Shown piece by piece: positions 50,340-61,516 of a stretch of 64,000 nucleotides of DNA. This DNA comes from Phycisphaerales bacterium (lineage in GTDB: Bacteria; Planctomycetota; Phycisphaerae; Phycisphaerales; UBA1924), in the NCBI GenBank assembly GCA_965227775.1, contig OZ245777.1, forward strand, positions 1,824,001-1,888,000, given 5' to 3'. Numbering within the stretch: the first letter of the stretch is position 1; every line of letters starts with the position of its first letter. The translations under genes and the position numbers were made by a program. Below the pieces are notes generated by a model. It was not told the origin of the DNA. It saw nothing but the letters and a program-made list of their open reading frames with translations, and made no database searches.

Positions 50340-52124
50340 GTGGTCGCAAACGCAAGCGGAACGGGTGCGCAAGAGATCGAGTGCGACGTTGCCATCATCG
50401 GCGGCGGGCCTTCGGGGAGTACGCTGGCGACGCTGCTCCGCAAGTACGACCCGTCGCTGAGGGTCATGGTGCTCGAGAAGGAAGTCTTCCCCCGCGAGCA
50501 TGTGGGCGAGAGCCAGCTTCCGGCGATCAGCCCCATCCTGCACGAGATGGGCGTGTGGGACAAGGTCGAGGCGGCGAACTTCCCTGTGAAGCTCGGCGCG
50601 AGCCTGACCTGGGGCCGCGATGGCGAGCGATGGGACTTTGACTTCTACCCCGTCGAAGAGTTCAAGGACGAGCCCAGGCCGGCCAAATTCGAGGGCCAGC
50701 GCCAGCGCACGGCTTTCCAGGTTGAGCGATCGATCTACGACAAGATTCTGCTCGACCACGCTCAGGAGAGCGGAACCGAGGTCCGCCAGGGCACGCAGGT
50801 ACGCGAGGTCTTGAAGGACGGCGATCGCGTCGAGGGCTTCCGGCTGGACGACGGCACGACCGTACGGGCCAAGCACTACGTCGATGCGAGCGGCACGCAC
50901 GCGCTGCTGCGTCGGGCGATGGGTGTCGAGAGCGATGCGCCAAAGAGCCTGCGCAACGTCGCCTTCTGGAGCTACTGGGACAACGTGCAGTGGGCCGTCG
51001 AGATCGGCGTGGGCGGTACGCGCGTGCAGGTCCGCAGCCTGCCGTACGGCTGGATCTGGTTCATCCCGCTGAGCCCGACGCGCGCGAGCGTCGGCCTGGT
51101 GTGTCCGGGCGAGTATTACAAGCAGACGGGTCTCTCGCCGGAAGAGATCTACCACAAGGCGCTCAAGGAACAGGAAGAGATCGCGGGCCTGATGAGCGAG
51201 TCCAAGCAGACCGACCAGGTGCATGCCACCAAGGACTGGTCGCAGGTTGCCGACCGTGTGACGGGCGAGAACTGGTTCGTGTGCGGCGAGGCCAGCGGCT
51301 TTGCCGATCCGATCCTCGCGGCGGGCATGACGCTGGCCCACGGCTCGGCCCGTGAGCTTGCGTACACGATCCTGGAGCTCGAGCGGGGCGAGCTCGACAA
51401 GGGCTGGGTCAAGCAGAGCTACGACGACAAGACCCGCAAGAACATCCGCCAGCACATCCGCTTCGCGCAGTTCTGGTATGCGTCCAACGGCTGCTTCAAG
51501 GACCTGCAGGAGCACTGCCAGAACATCGCCGAGGAGGCTGGGCTCAACCTGACACCTGCCGAGGCATGGCGCTGGCTGGCCCAGGGCGGCTTCAGCAACC
51601 AGACGCTCGACTCGGCAAACCTCGGCTCGTTCGACCTCGCGACGGCGAAGCAGATCGTCGGCAAGTTCGGCGAAGAGGACATCGACCTCGAGAAGGAAAC
51701 GCTGACCTTCATGAAGTACAACAAGCTCACGCTCGACCTGCGTGACGCAAAAGACGAGAAGGTCGCCGAGTACCGCGACGGTCGGGTGGTGCCCGTGCAG
51801 TGCGTGGTGCGGAACGGCAAGATACTGCCAAAGGTCGGGCCCTACCCCGTCCTCGTCAGCATGATGCTCAAGAGCAACGACCCAAACCAGATCTTCGGGT
51901 ATCTGCAGCAGCAGATCAACGCGTCGCAGGCGAAGGACCGGGCTGCGTCGCTCATGCGTCAGCTCGTCCAGGCCATGGAGGTCATGGTGGTCGACGGCTG
52001 GGTGATCTGCGAGAACGATCCCAACCGCCCGCAGCCCAAGTGGTCGCTGGGCAGGAATCGCCAGCTGCGTACGACTGCCGAGGGCATGGAGGCGTATCAG
52101 GCGTCTCGGGCCACGAGCAACTGA
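50340..52124 (+). CDS. FAD-dependent oxidoreductase, flavin-dependent halogenase-like
   Basis: GGGPSG, FPREHVGES, FPVKLG, WIWFIPL (WxWxIP), GEASGFADPI. Confidence 0.8.
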   Translation: MVANASGTGAQEIECDVAIIGGGPSGSTLATLLRKYDPSLRVMVLEKEVFPREHVGESQLPAISPILHEMGVWDKVEAANFPVKLGASLTWGRDGERWDFDFYPVEEFKDEPRPAKFEGQRQRTAFQVERSIYDKILLDHAQESGTEVRQGTQVREVLKDGDRVEGFRLDDGTTVRAKHYVDASGTHALLRRAMGVESDAPKSLRNVAFWSYWDNVQWAVEIGVGGTRVQVRSLPYGWIWFIPLSPTRASVGLVCPGEYYKQTGLSPEEIYHKALKEQEEIAGLMSESKQTDQVHATKDWSQVADRVTGENWFVCGEASGFADPILAAGMTLAHGSARELAYTILELERGELDKGWVKQSYDDKTRKNIRQHIRFAQFWYASNGCFKDLQEHCQNIAEEAGLNLTPAEAWRWLAQGGFSNQTLDSANLGSFDLATAKQIVGKFGEEDIDLEKETLTFMKYNKLTLDLRDAKDEKVAEYRDGRVVPVQCVVRNGKILPKVGPYPVLVSMMLKSNDPNQIFGYLQQQINASQAKDRAASLMRQLVQAMEVMVVDGWVICENDPNRPQPKWSLGRNRQLRTTAEGMEAYQASRATSN

Positions 52125-52148
52125 CAGTTCCTCGACATCACGCAATGA

Positions 52149-52173
52149 GAAAGCCCGGGTCATGCCCGGGCTT
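52149..52173. terminator. Hairpin between convergent genes (likely terminator)
   Basis: AAGCCCGGG-TCATG-CCCGGGCTT. Confidence 0.72.
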
Positions 52174-52199
52174 ACTATGTCATTAGTTCTCGAAGGCTC

Positions 52200-53795
52200 T
52201 TAGCCCTTCGGGCCGCTGTCGCGGACGGCCGCTTCCATCTCGTACTTGGCGTCGTTCTCGCGGAAGCGGCGGGCGAGGTCGCGAGCCTTTTCGTCGTAGG
52301 CGGCGCTGTCGCTCCAGGTGTTGCGCGGGTGCAGGACCTCTTGTGGCACGCCCTCGACGGCGGTGGGCATGTGCAGGCCCAGGATCTCGTGCTCGACGTA
52401 GTTGGCCTTGGCGAGGTCGCCATTGAGGATGGCCGAGACCATCGCTCGGGTGTAGCCCAGCTTGAAGCGGCTGCCGACTCCGTAGGGCCCGCCGGTCCAG
52501 CCGGTGTTCAGCAGCCAGACGTTGGCGTCGTGCTTCTTGATGCGCTCGACGAGCATCTGCGCATACTCGGCGGGGGGGCGAGGCATGAACGGCGCGCCGA
52601 AGCAGGCGCTGAAGTTTGGCTGGGGCTCTGTGACGCCGGCCTCGGTGCCAGCGAGCTTGCTGGTGTACCCATTGATGAAGTAGTACATCGCCTGCTCGGG
52701 CGTCAGCTTGCTCACGGGCGGCATGACGCCAAAGGCATCGGCCGTGAGGAACACGACGTTCCTCGGATGCTGGCCGATGGAGGGGATGACGGCGCCGGGG
52801 ATGTACTCGACCGGATACGTAACGCGGGTGTTTTCGGTGATGGAGCCGTCGTCGTAGTCGGGCTCGCGGCTGTGGTCGTCAATCACCACGTTCTCGAGCA
52901 CGCTGCCAAACTTGATGGCGTCCCAGATCTGGGGCTCACTCTCACGGCTGAGCTTGATGCACTTGGCGTAGCAGCCGCCCTCAAAGTTAAACACGCCCTT
53001 GTCGCTCCAGCCGTGCTCATCGTCGCCGATGAGCGCGCGGTCGGGGTCGGCGCTCAGCGTGGTCTTGCCGGTGCCGCTCAGGCCGAAGAAGAGAGCGACG
53101 TTGCTGGCGTCGTCCTTGGCGACGTTGGCCGAGCAGTGCATCGGGAACACGCCCGCCTCGGGCATGTCGAAGTTCATGGCGTAAAAGATGCTCTTCTTAA
53201 TCTCGCCCGCGTACTCGGTGCCCAGGATGACGACCGTCTTGCGCTCCAGCGACTGGGCGATGATGATCGGGCCCGAGACGCCGAGCTGCTGTGCCTCTTC
53301 GGCGGTCAGCTTGTGCTTGCCAGCGTTGAGGATGGTCCAGTCATGGTTCCAGTCCGTGCTGTTGCTGGCCGCCCGCGTGCCTTGGCGGATGAAGAGCGTG
53401 CTGGCGAAGAGGCTGTGCCATGCCTGCTCGGTGACAACGCGGACACCCAGGCGATACGCCGGGTCGGCACCGGCAAAGCCCTCGAAGCAGAAGACCTTCT
53501 CCTGGGCGTTCAGGTGGTCGATGGCGATGCGCTCGGCCAGCTCGAAGCGCTCGGGCGTGAGCGGCTGGTTGACCTTGCCCCAGTCGATCTTGTCGTGAAT
53601 TGCGGGGGTGTCTTCGAGGTACTTGTCGGTCGGGCTGCGGCCCGTGCGGTCGCCCGTCAGGCACACAAGCGCACCCTCGGCTGCCAGGCGGCCCTCGTCG
53701 GCGGCCAGGGCCATCTCGACGAGCCGTGCAGGCGGCAGGTTTCGGAGGGTGCGAGCGGCGGAAAGATCGAGCGTAGCGAGCGTCTGGCTTGGCAT
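52200..53795 (-). CDS. pckA: Phosphoenolpyruvate carboxykinase (ATP)
   Basis: TGRSPTDK, YAGEIKK, MHCSAN, GLSGTGKTTLS, IGDDEHGW, EGGCYAK. Confidence 0.96.
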   Translation of the reverse strand: MPSQTLATLDLSAARTLRNLPPARLVEMALAADEGRLAAEGALVCLTGDRTGRSPTDKYLEDTPAIHDKIDWGKVNQPLTPERFELAERIAIDHLNAQEKVFCFEGFAGADPAYRLGVRVVTEQAWHSLFASTLFIRQGTRAASNSTDWNHDWTILNAGKHKLTAEEAQQLGVSGPIIIAQSLERKTVVILGTEYAGEIKKSIFYAMNFDMPEAGVFPMHCSANVAKDDASNVALFFGLSGTGKTTLSADPDRALIGDDEHGWSDKGVFNFEGGCYAKCIKLSRESEPQIWDAIKFGSVLENVVIDDHSREPDYDDGSITENTRVTYPVEYIPGAVIPSIGQHPRNVVFLTADAFGVMPPVSKLTPEQAMYYFINGYTSKLAGTEAGVTEPQPNFSACFGAPFMPRPPAEYAQMLVERIKKHDANVWLLNTGWTGGPYGVGSRFKLGYTRAMVSAILNGDLAKANYVEHEILGLHMPTAVEGVPQEVLHPRNTWSDSAAYDEKARDLARRFRENDAKYEMEAAVRDSGPKG

Positions 53796-53972
53796 CGGCA
53801 GTGCATCTCCGGCTCGCCTGCGCCCAGCAACCGAGCCCAATTTTCGAGGTAATAGCGAGGGTAGGTCGCCCCGCCCCGCGCGGCCATACGCCGGGCTCAC
53901 TTGCCACCGGCCGAGAACGTGCTAGCGTTACCGCTCGGCCGGCCGGGCACGCCCGAACGTTCGCCGATAGAT

Positions 53973-54047
53973 GGTGGCTGTAGCTCAGTTGGTTAGAGCA
54001 CCAGGTTGTGGTCCTGGGGGTCGCGGGTTCGAATCCCGTCAGTCACC
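53973..54047 (+). tRNA. tRNA-His(GTG) with encoded G-1, CCA not encoded
   Basis: G+GTGGCTG/CAGTCAC+C, anticodon arm CCAGG-TTGTGGT-CCTGG, T-loop GTTCGAATC. Confidence 0.96.
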
Positions 54048-54084
54048 CTTCCCCGTCGAATCTGTGCGAAGCTCGCCCGGTGGC

Positions 54085-54951
54085 TTAGGCCGTCAGGGCG
54101 CGGTTCATCGCGTCCTTCGCTTGCCTGCCGTACCCGCTCCCGAAGAGCGCGGCGTGCACGAGCAGCGGGTAGATTCGGTACATTCCCCGCCGGCGTTCGA
54201 AGAACCCCGGGGAGATGGGCCGCAGCTCGTGGTATCGCTCGAAGAACGGTCGCCCGACGCAGCCGAAGAGGCCCATGAACGCCAATTCGATCTCGCGGTC
54301 GGCGTAGTAGATCGCCGGGTCGATGAGCCCGGTGATGCGACCATCCTGGCTCAGGAAGTTGCCCGACCAGAGGTCGCCGTGGATGAGCACTGGCGGCTCG
54401 TCCTGGGCGATGAATCGATGGGGCTCGGCTTCAATCGCATCGACAAGCCGCCGGGCGGTTTCGAGGCCAGACTGGGGGAGCCCGCCGCGCGCATGGGCAA
54501 GCTCGGCGAAGTGCTCGATGCGTTGCCGGGCGAAGAAGTGGGCCCATGATGCCGCGGGCGCGTTGGGCTGAACGAGCGGGCCGATGAGCGTCGAACGCTC
54601 GTAGCCAAAGCTGGAACCCTGGATGCCGTGGAGCTCGGCCAGCAACTCGGCGAGGTGATGCTGCGCCTGCTGGTCAGCTCCGGTCGAGCCCGGAAGGCGT
54701 TCCATGACCAGCAGGCCGGGCTCCGCGTGCCAGACCGTTGGCACCGGCAGATTCGTGAGCCGACGCAGGTCGCGTAGCATCGCGGCTTCGATGGTCAGAT
54801 CGCTTGTGCCGTCGCCGATCTTGGCTACGAACTCGCCTCGGTCCTCAGAGACACCGCCAACGACGCGCGCGATGCACCCGCCGTGCAGGTCGGCCAGGCC
54901 CGAAACGCCGGTGCCCAGCGCGGCTACGAGTTGGTCTGCGAGTCCGGACAC
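54085..54951 (-). CDS. Fructosamine kinase family protein
   Basis: GGCI, LIHGDLWSGN, IDPAIYYADREIELA, LFGSGY. Confidence 0.9.
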   Translation of the reverse strand: MSGLADQLVAALGTGVSGLADLHGGCIARVVGGVSEDRGEFVAKIGDGTSDLTIEAAMLRDLRRLTNLPVPTVWHAEPGLLVMERLPGSTGADQQAQHHLAELLAELHGIQGSSFGYERSTLIGPLVQPNAPAASWAHFFARQRIEHFAELAHARGGLPQSGLETARRLVDAIEAEPHRFIAQDEPPVLIHGDLWSGNFLSQDGRITGLIDPAIYYADREIELAFMGLFGCVGRPFFERYHELRPISPGFFERRRGMYRIYPLLVHAALFGSGYGRQAKDAMNRALTA

Positions 54952-54988
54952 GCCGCATTGTGGGCGCGTCGATCAGGCGATGCTCGGA

Positions 54989-56137
54989 TCAGGCCGCCCG
55001 GACGAGTCGGCACATGCTCTTGAGCGAGTTGATCGCCTCCTGAGCGCTTTCGATGGACCCGCCATCCGCATCGAGTATCGCGAGCACCCTTCCAGCAGCG
55101 TCTGCAACCGCACTGTGACCCAGAAGCGGACCAGTCCCGCGGATGCGAGCACAAATGTACCGGAGGTTCTTCTCGTCGCCAGCCTCGCTTGCTTGGGTGA
55201 TCTCGTCGACAAATTTGACCAGGTCTTGAGCGAAGAGGTCGGCAAGTGCCTTGAGCGAGGGATCTGTTTCTTGCTGCGGGGTAGGCGGAGGCAGATCATC
55301 GCCTGCGCCGCGTCCGAGCAGGATGAACTCGGCTAGCGCCTTGAGTATGAGAGACTTGTCAATTGGCTTATGAAGCAACGCACTTACCCGCGATTGCCGG
55401 ATCGTGTGCTTGCCCTCATTTGATAGACTGCCCGCGAATGCGATGACAGGGACGGCATAGCCAGCCGAGCGAAGCCCAAGAATGGCCTCGCTCGCAGTGG
55501 CGACGTCCTTGTCGAAATCGCAAAGCACCGCGTCAAAAGGCTCGGAGAGCTGGTCCAGGATCTCCTCGTAGTTCTCGGCGTGACTGATTCGAAGTGATGT
55601 TTCGGACAGGTAGGCCTCGATGAGCTTGCGGTCGATGTTGCTCGCTGTGACGAGCAGCACGCGGCCCTCGAGTTTGTTCGCATCGACTGCTTCAAGCGAG
55701 AAGTTGTCCCCCAGAGGGTCGAGTTTCATGTAGTCGTTGACATCGATTTCCTTATCGAACTTCATGCCTACGTCGTGAACGCGGCCAGTCACGTGGCGGC
55801 ACTGCACGACTGATGCCTTGATCCAAACCTCGCCCTCCGCGTTATGCTGCATCTTGACGCGGCACGTCGTACCAACATGCATGTACGAGCTATGGACGAC
55901 GCTGATCCCGCCCCGCGACAGGTTTCGGCACGCGACGAAAAAGCTAACGCTGCCGCCGCTGGGCTGGTAGACCTCGACTTCGATTGAAGGAATCCGGAAG
56001 CTCAAGCGGGCATGGCTGCGGCGGACGCGGCTGCCCTCGCTGGCGGCATCCAGGTCGTCCATGATCATCCCCAGCTGCTCAGCCGAGAGATTGAGGGTGT
56101 TGTGTTGGCCCTTCGGGCCGGACGATCGGCTGCCCAT
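54989..56137 (-). CDS. PilZ + receiver + HPt-like signalling protein
   Basis: RRSHAR and NLSRGG (PilZ); VLCD...HKP (REC); helical C-terminus ICARIRGTGPLLG. Confidence 0.75.
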   Translation of the reverse strand: MGSRSSGPKGQHNTLNLSAEQLGMIMDDLDAASEGSRVRRSHARLSFRIPSIEVEVYQPSGGSVSFFVACRNLSRGGISVVHSSYMHVGTTCRVKMQHNAEGEVWIKASVVQCRHVTGRVHDVGMKFDKEIDVNDYMKLDPLGDNFSLEAVDANKLEGRVLLVTASNIDRKLIEAYLSETSLRISHAENYEEILDQLSEPFDAVLCDFDKDVATASEAILGLRSAGYAVPVIAFAGSLSNEGKHTIRQSRVSALLHKPIDKSLILKALAEFILLGRGAGDDLPPPTPQQETDPSLKALADLFAQDLVKFVDEITQASEAGDEKNLRYICARIRGTGPLLGHSAVADAAGRVLAILDADGGSIESAQEAINSLKSMCRLVRAA

Positions 56138-56249
56138 TCGAATCTCCCGCAGGTCTTCGCAGAGTCCTGGGGAGGTATCGGAAGATCAGCTGTTCGCCTT
56201 GCGTCCGATTGCGCGCTGGATAGTGGCCAGTGATCTATCGGACCTAGCG

Positions 56250-59129
<2,880 letters not shown>

Positions 59130-59147
59130 TCAGAGCAATCGCGTCGT

Positions 59148-60380
59148 CTATTCGACGATGTGGATCTGGCTCAGCTGCTCGCTGAGCAGCTCGTAGACGA
59201 GCGCCACGTCGTCAGGCAACATGCGGACGCAGCCCATCGACATCTCCTTGCCAATGCTGTCGGGCTCGATGGTGCCGTGGATGCCGTACCCGCTGTAGGT
59301 TTCGGCCTGGCCCAGGCCTTCCAGCCCGATCCAGTGCTCGCCAATCGGGTTCTCTGGGTTGCTGGCGGCAAACTCCTCGCCCGTGCGCGGGTTGCGCCAG
59401 AAGGGGTCGATGAGCTTGCTGTGGCGGCGGACCGTGAACGCGCCGACCGGCGTGCCATCGAACTCACCAAGGCCAACCGGAAACGAGCGGACGTACATCC
59501 ACTGGTCGATCTCAGTTGGCGGGCCGATGTAGACGTCCATGCGGAAATCCGTCTTGCTGACCACGGCGTGGAAGGGGCCGCGGACGAGCTTGAGCTTCTG
59601 GCCCTTGTAGATGTTGTTCGGGTTGCCCATGCGGTTGACGCGTTGGATGAGCAGGTACTCGGTGGCGACGCCTTCGTCTTGGGCGATCTTGGCCAGGGAG
59701 TCTCCACCCTTTACTTCGTACACGGTCGAGAACGGGTCGCCCGGGTACACGCGTGGTGAGAAGATCAGGTCCTCGTTGAGCGCCTGCATCTGCTGGCGGA
59801 TGGTGGCGCGGTCGCTTGCCGTGGCGCGCTCGTGCATCAGGGCGCTGTTGTAGAGCTCGCGCGCCGTGATGGGATCGTTCGACTTGATCGCTTGCTCGGC
59901 TCGCTGGATCAGCGTCGAGACTGCAGCGCTCGGGCTGGCAATCGTCGAAGGGCCGACCGCTACGGGCGCTTCCTGGCTCGGGGTCGCCAGCACGCCGGTG
60001 GGCTCGGGAGTCTTCTGCTCGGCAACTGGCGTCTGCACGCTGCGGCCCTGACGCTGATCGCCGGACGTCTCCCGGGCCGCTTCGGCGCTTCGCTCGCGGG
60101 CTTGCTGGGGCTGCGCGCTGGTGAGACGAGCTTCGGGCTGGCGACGTTGGCTAGCCGGTGTTCCCGTTGCCGGCGTCGATTCGCGTGCGAGTTCGGTCGT
60201 GGAGGGATCGGCGGCCTCACCCTCATCGGGGCCCGAGGTGAAGGCCCACACCAGGCCTCCGCCAAGGGCGACGACCACGATCGCGGCGATCAGCTTCCGG
60301 CCGCCGCCGCCTCGCCCACGACGCGAGCGTCCACGCGTGGCTCCCCCGAAACCGATTCCACCCTGTGATGGCAGCGACAT
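59148..60380 (-). CDS. LysM + L,D-transpeptidase (YkuD) protein
   Basis: TM anchor, YEVKGGDSLAKIA LysM, GIHGT...SMGCVRM. Confidence 0.9.
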   Translation of the reverse strand: MSLPSQGGIGFGGATRGRSRRGRGGGGRKLIAAIVVVALGGGLVWAFTSGPDEGEAADPSTTELARESTPATGTPASQRRQPEARLTSAQPQQARERSAEAARETSGDQRQGRSVQTPVAEQKTPEPTGVLATPSQEAPVAVGPSTIASPSAAVSTLIQRAEQAIKSNDPITARELYNSALMHERATASDRATIRQQMQALNEDLIFSPRVYPGDPFSTVYEVKGGDSLAKIAQDEGVATEYLLIQRVNRMGNPNNIYKGQKLKLVRGPFHAVVSKTDFRMDVYIGPPTEIDQWMYVRSFPVGLGEFDGTPVGAFTVRRHSKLIDPFWRNPRTGEEFAASNPENPIGEHWIGLEGLGQAETYSGYGIHGTIEPDSIGKEMSMGCVRMLPDDVALVYELLSEQLSQIHIVE

Positions 60381-60458
60381 GCGACCTCCCTGCGTGCTGC
60401 GTGGGGGCGTCGTGCCCGCCACCGAATCCTTCGCGATCTCGATTCGATCCGAATGAGT

Positions 60459-61142
60459 CTACTGCGGCCCCCGCTTCGCTTCTGCCTCCAGCACCGCGGC
60501 GATGCGCGGGCCGTTGAACTCCAGCAGGCGACGCTCGGTGGCGAGGGCGTCGAGCCTCGCGTCGTGTGGCTCTGTCGGTACCCTCGGGGCGAGCTGGGCT
60601 TCGAGCCCGAAGCCGAGCGACAGACCTGTGCGGCGCTTGTCGGCCAGCAGCCGATCGTAGAACCCGGCGCCGCGACCGAGGCGGAACCCGCGCAGGTCAT
60701 ACGCGAGCGCCGGAACGAGCACGACGTCGATGGTCTCGAGCGGCACGCCCGCGGCGGTGGGCGCTGGCTCAGGCACGCCCAGGTTGCCCTCAACAACGTC
60801 CGACATCGGGTCGGCGATAAGGGCGGGCATAATGGTGCGGGCGTCCCAGTCGACACGCGGGCCGGCCACCTCGACGCCCGCCTCGAGCAGACGCTCGATG
60901 AGCGCTCCAGTGCCCGCTTCTCCGGCCATCGAGAGGTAGACCATCACGCGGCTAGCGCGTGCCATCGGGGCCCAGGCGAGTGCTCGCTCGGCGAGTGCTT
61001 CGGCCTTGCTTCTGGCCTCGGTCTGAGGCATGGCCTCCATCACGTGGCGCATCTTCGTTCGCAACGACGACTTCTCGGCGGAGAGCTCGTTTGCGGAGTC
61101 CTTGTTGGTGGTTGGCTCATCGCGCATGCGCTTGGCGATCAT
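60459..61142 (-). CDS. ygfA: 5-formyltetrahydrofolate cyclo-ligase
   Basis: KSSLR, VPALAYD, RLGRGAGFYDR, EPHD. Confidence 0.92.
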   Translation of the reverse strand: MIAKRMRDEPTTNKDSANELSAEKSSLRTKMRHVMEAMPQTEARSKAEALAERALAWAPMARASRVMVYLSMAGEAGTGALIERLLEAGVEVAGPRVDWDARTIMPALIADPMSDVVEGNLGVPEPAPTAAGVPLETIDVVLVPALAYDLRGFRLGRGAGFYDRLLADKRRTGLSLGFGLEAQLAPRVPTEPHDARLDALATERRLLEFNGPRIAAVLEAEAKRGPQ

Positions 61143-61191
61143 TGGACGTGATGCGAGGGCTGGGATGCTCACATCAAGCCTATCGGAACAG

Positions 61192-61408
61192 CGCGGGGGG
61201 CGACTGAAGCCCGTCTGACGCGAAGTCTTGCGGCAGCGACAGCAACCGACGACAAGCGATCGGAACCGACGGGTTTGTTCCCATGATCGCAGCGGCGCGG
61301 CCCACGAGAGAATGGCCGACGAAAGACCCCCGGCAGGCTCCTCCGCCCGTCGGGGGTCCATCCCCATCCCGCTTCGGCCGAGGCCAGCGGGGTGGCTCTC
61401 TCTCCGCG
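61192..61408 (-). ncRNA. Candidate 6S RNA
   Basis: Nested long-range complementarity giving a rod-like fold; directly upstream of and co-oriented with ygfA; TACCGT -10-like element just upstream. Confidence 0.5.
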
Positions 61409-61516
61409 AAGAAAACGGTAGCCGGCAAAAACCGCGAAAATGGCGGAGTTCCAGCGGATTTGGTCAAATATTCACAGGGACTGGCCTGGAGGCTCGCCAG
61501 GGGCGTCAGGTCCGTC

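Noticed and set aside
53971..54549. 192-aa ORF starting MVAVAQLVRAPGCG (also 35880-36227)
   Set aside because: Translations of tRNA genes and antisense of neighbouring CDSs.
61300..61408. Glycine-riboswitch-like words on the minus strand (GGAGAG, GCCGAAG, CTCTC)
   Set aside because: The conserved GCAA and CTCAGG elements are missing; the rod-like 6S interpretation fits better.
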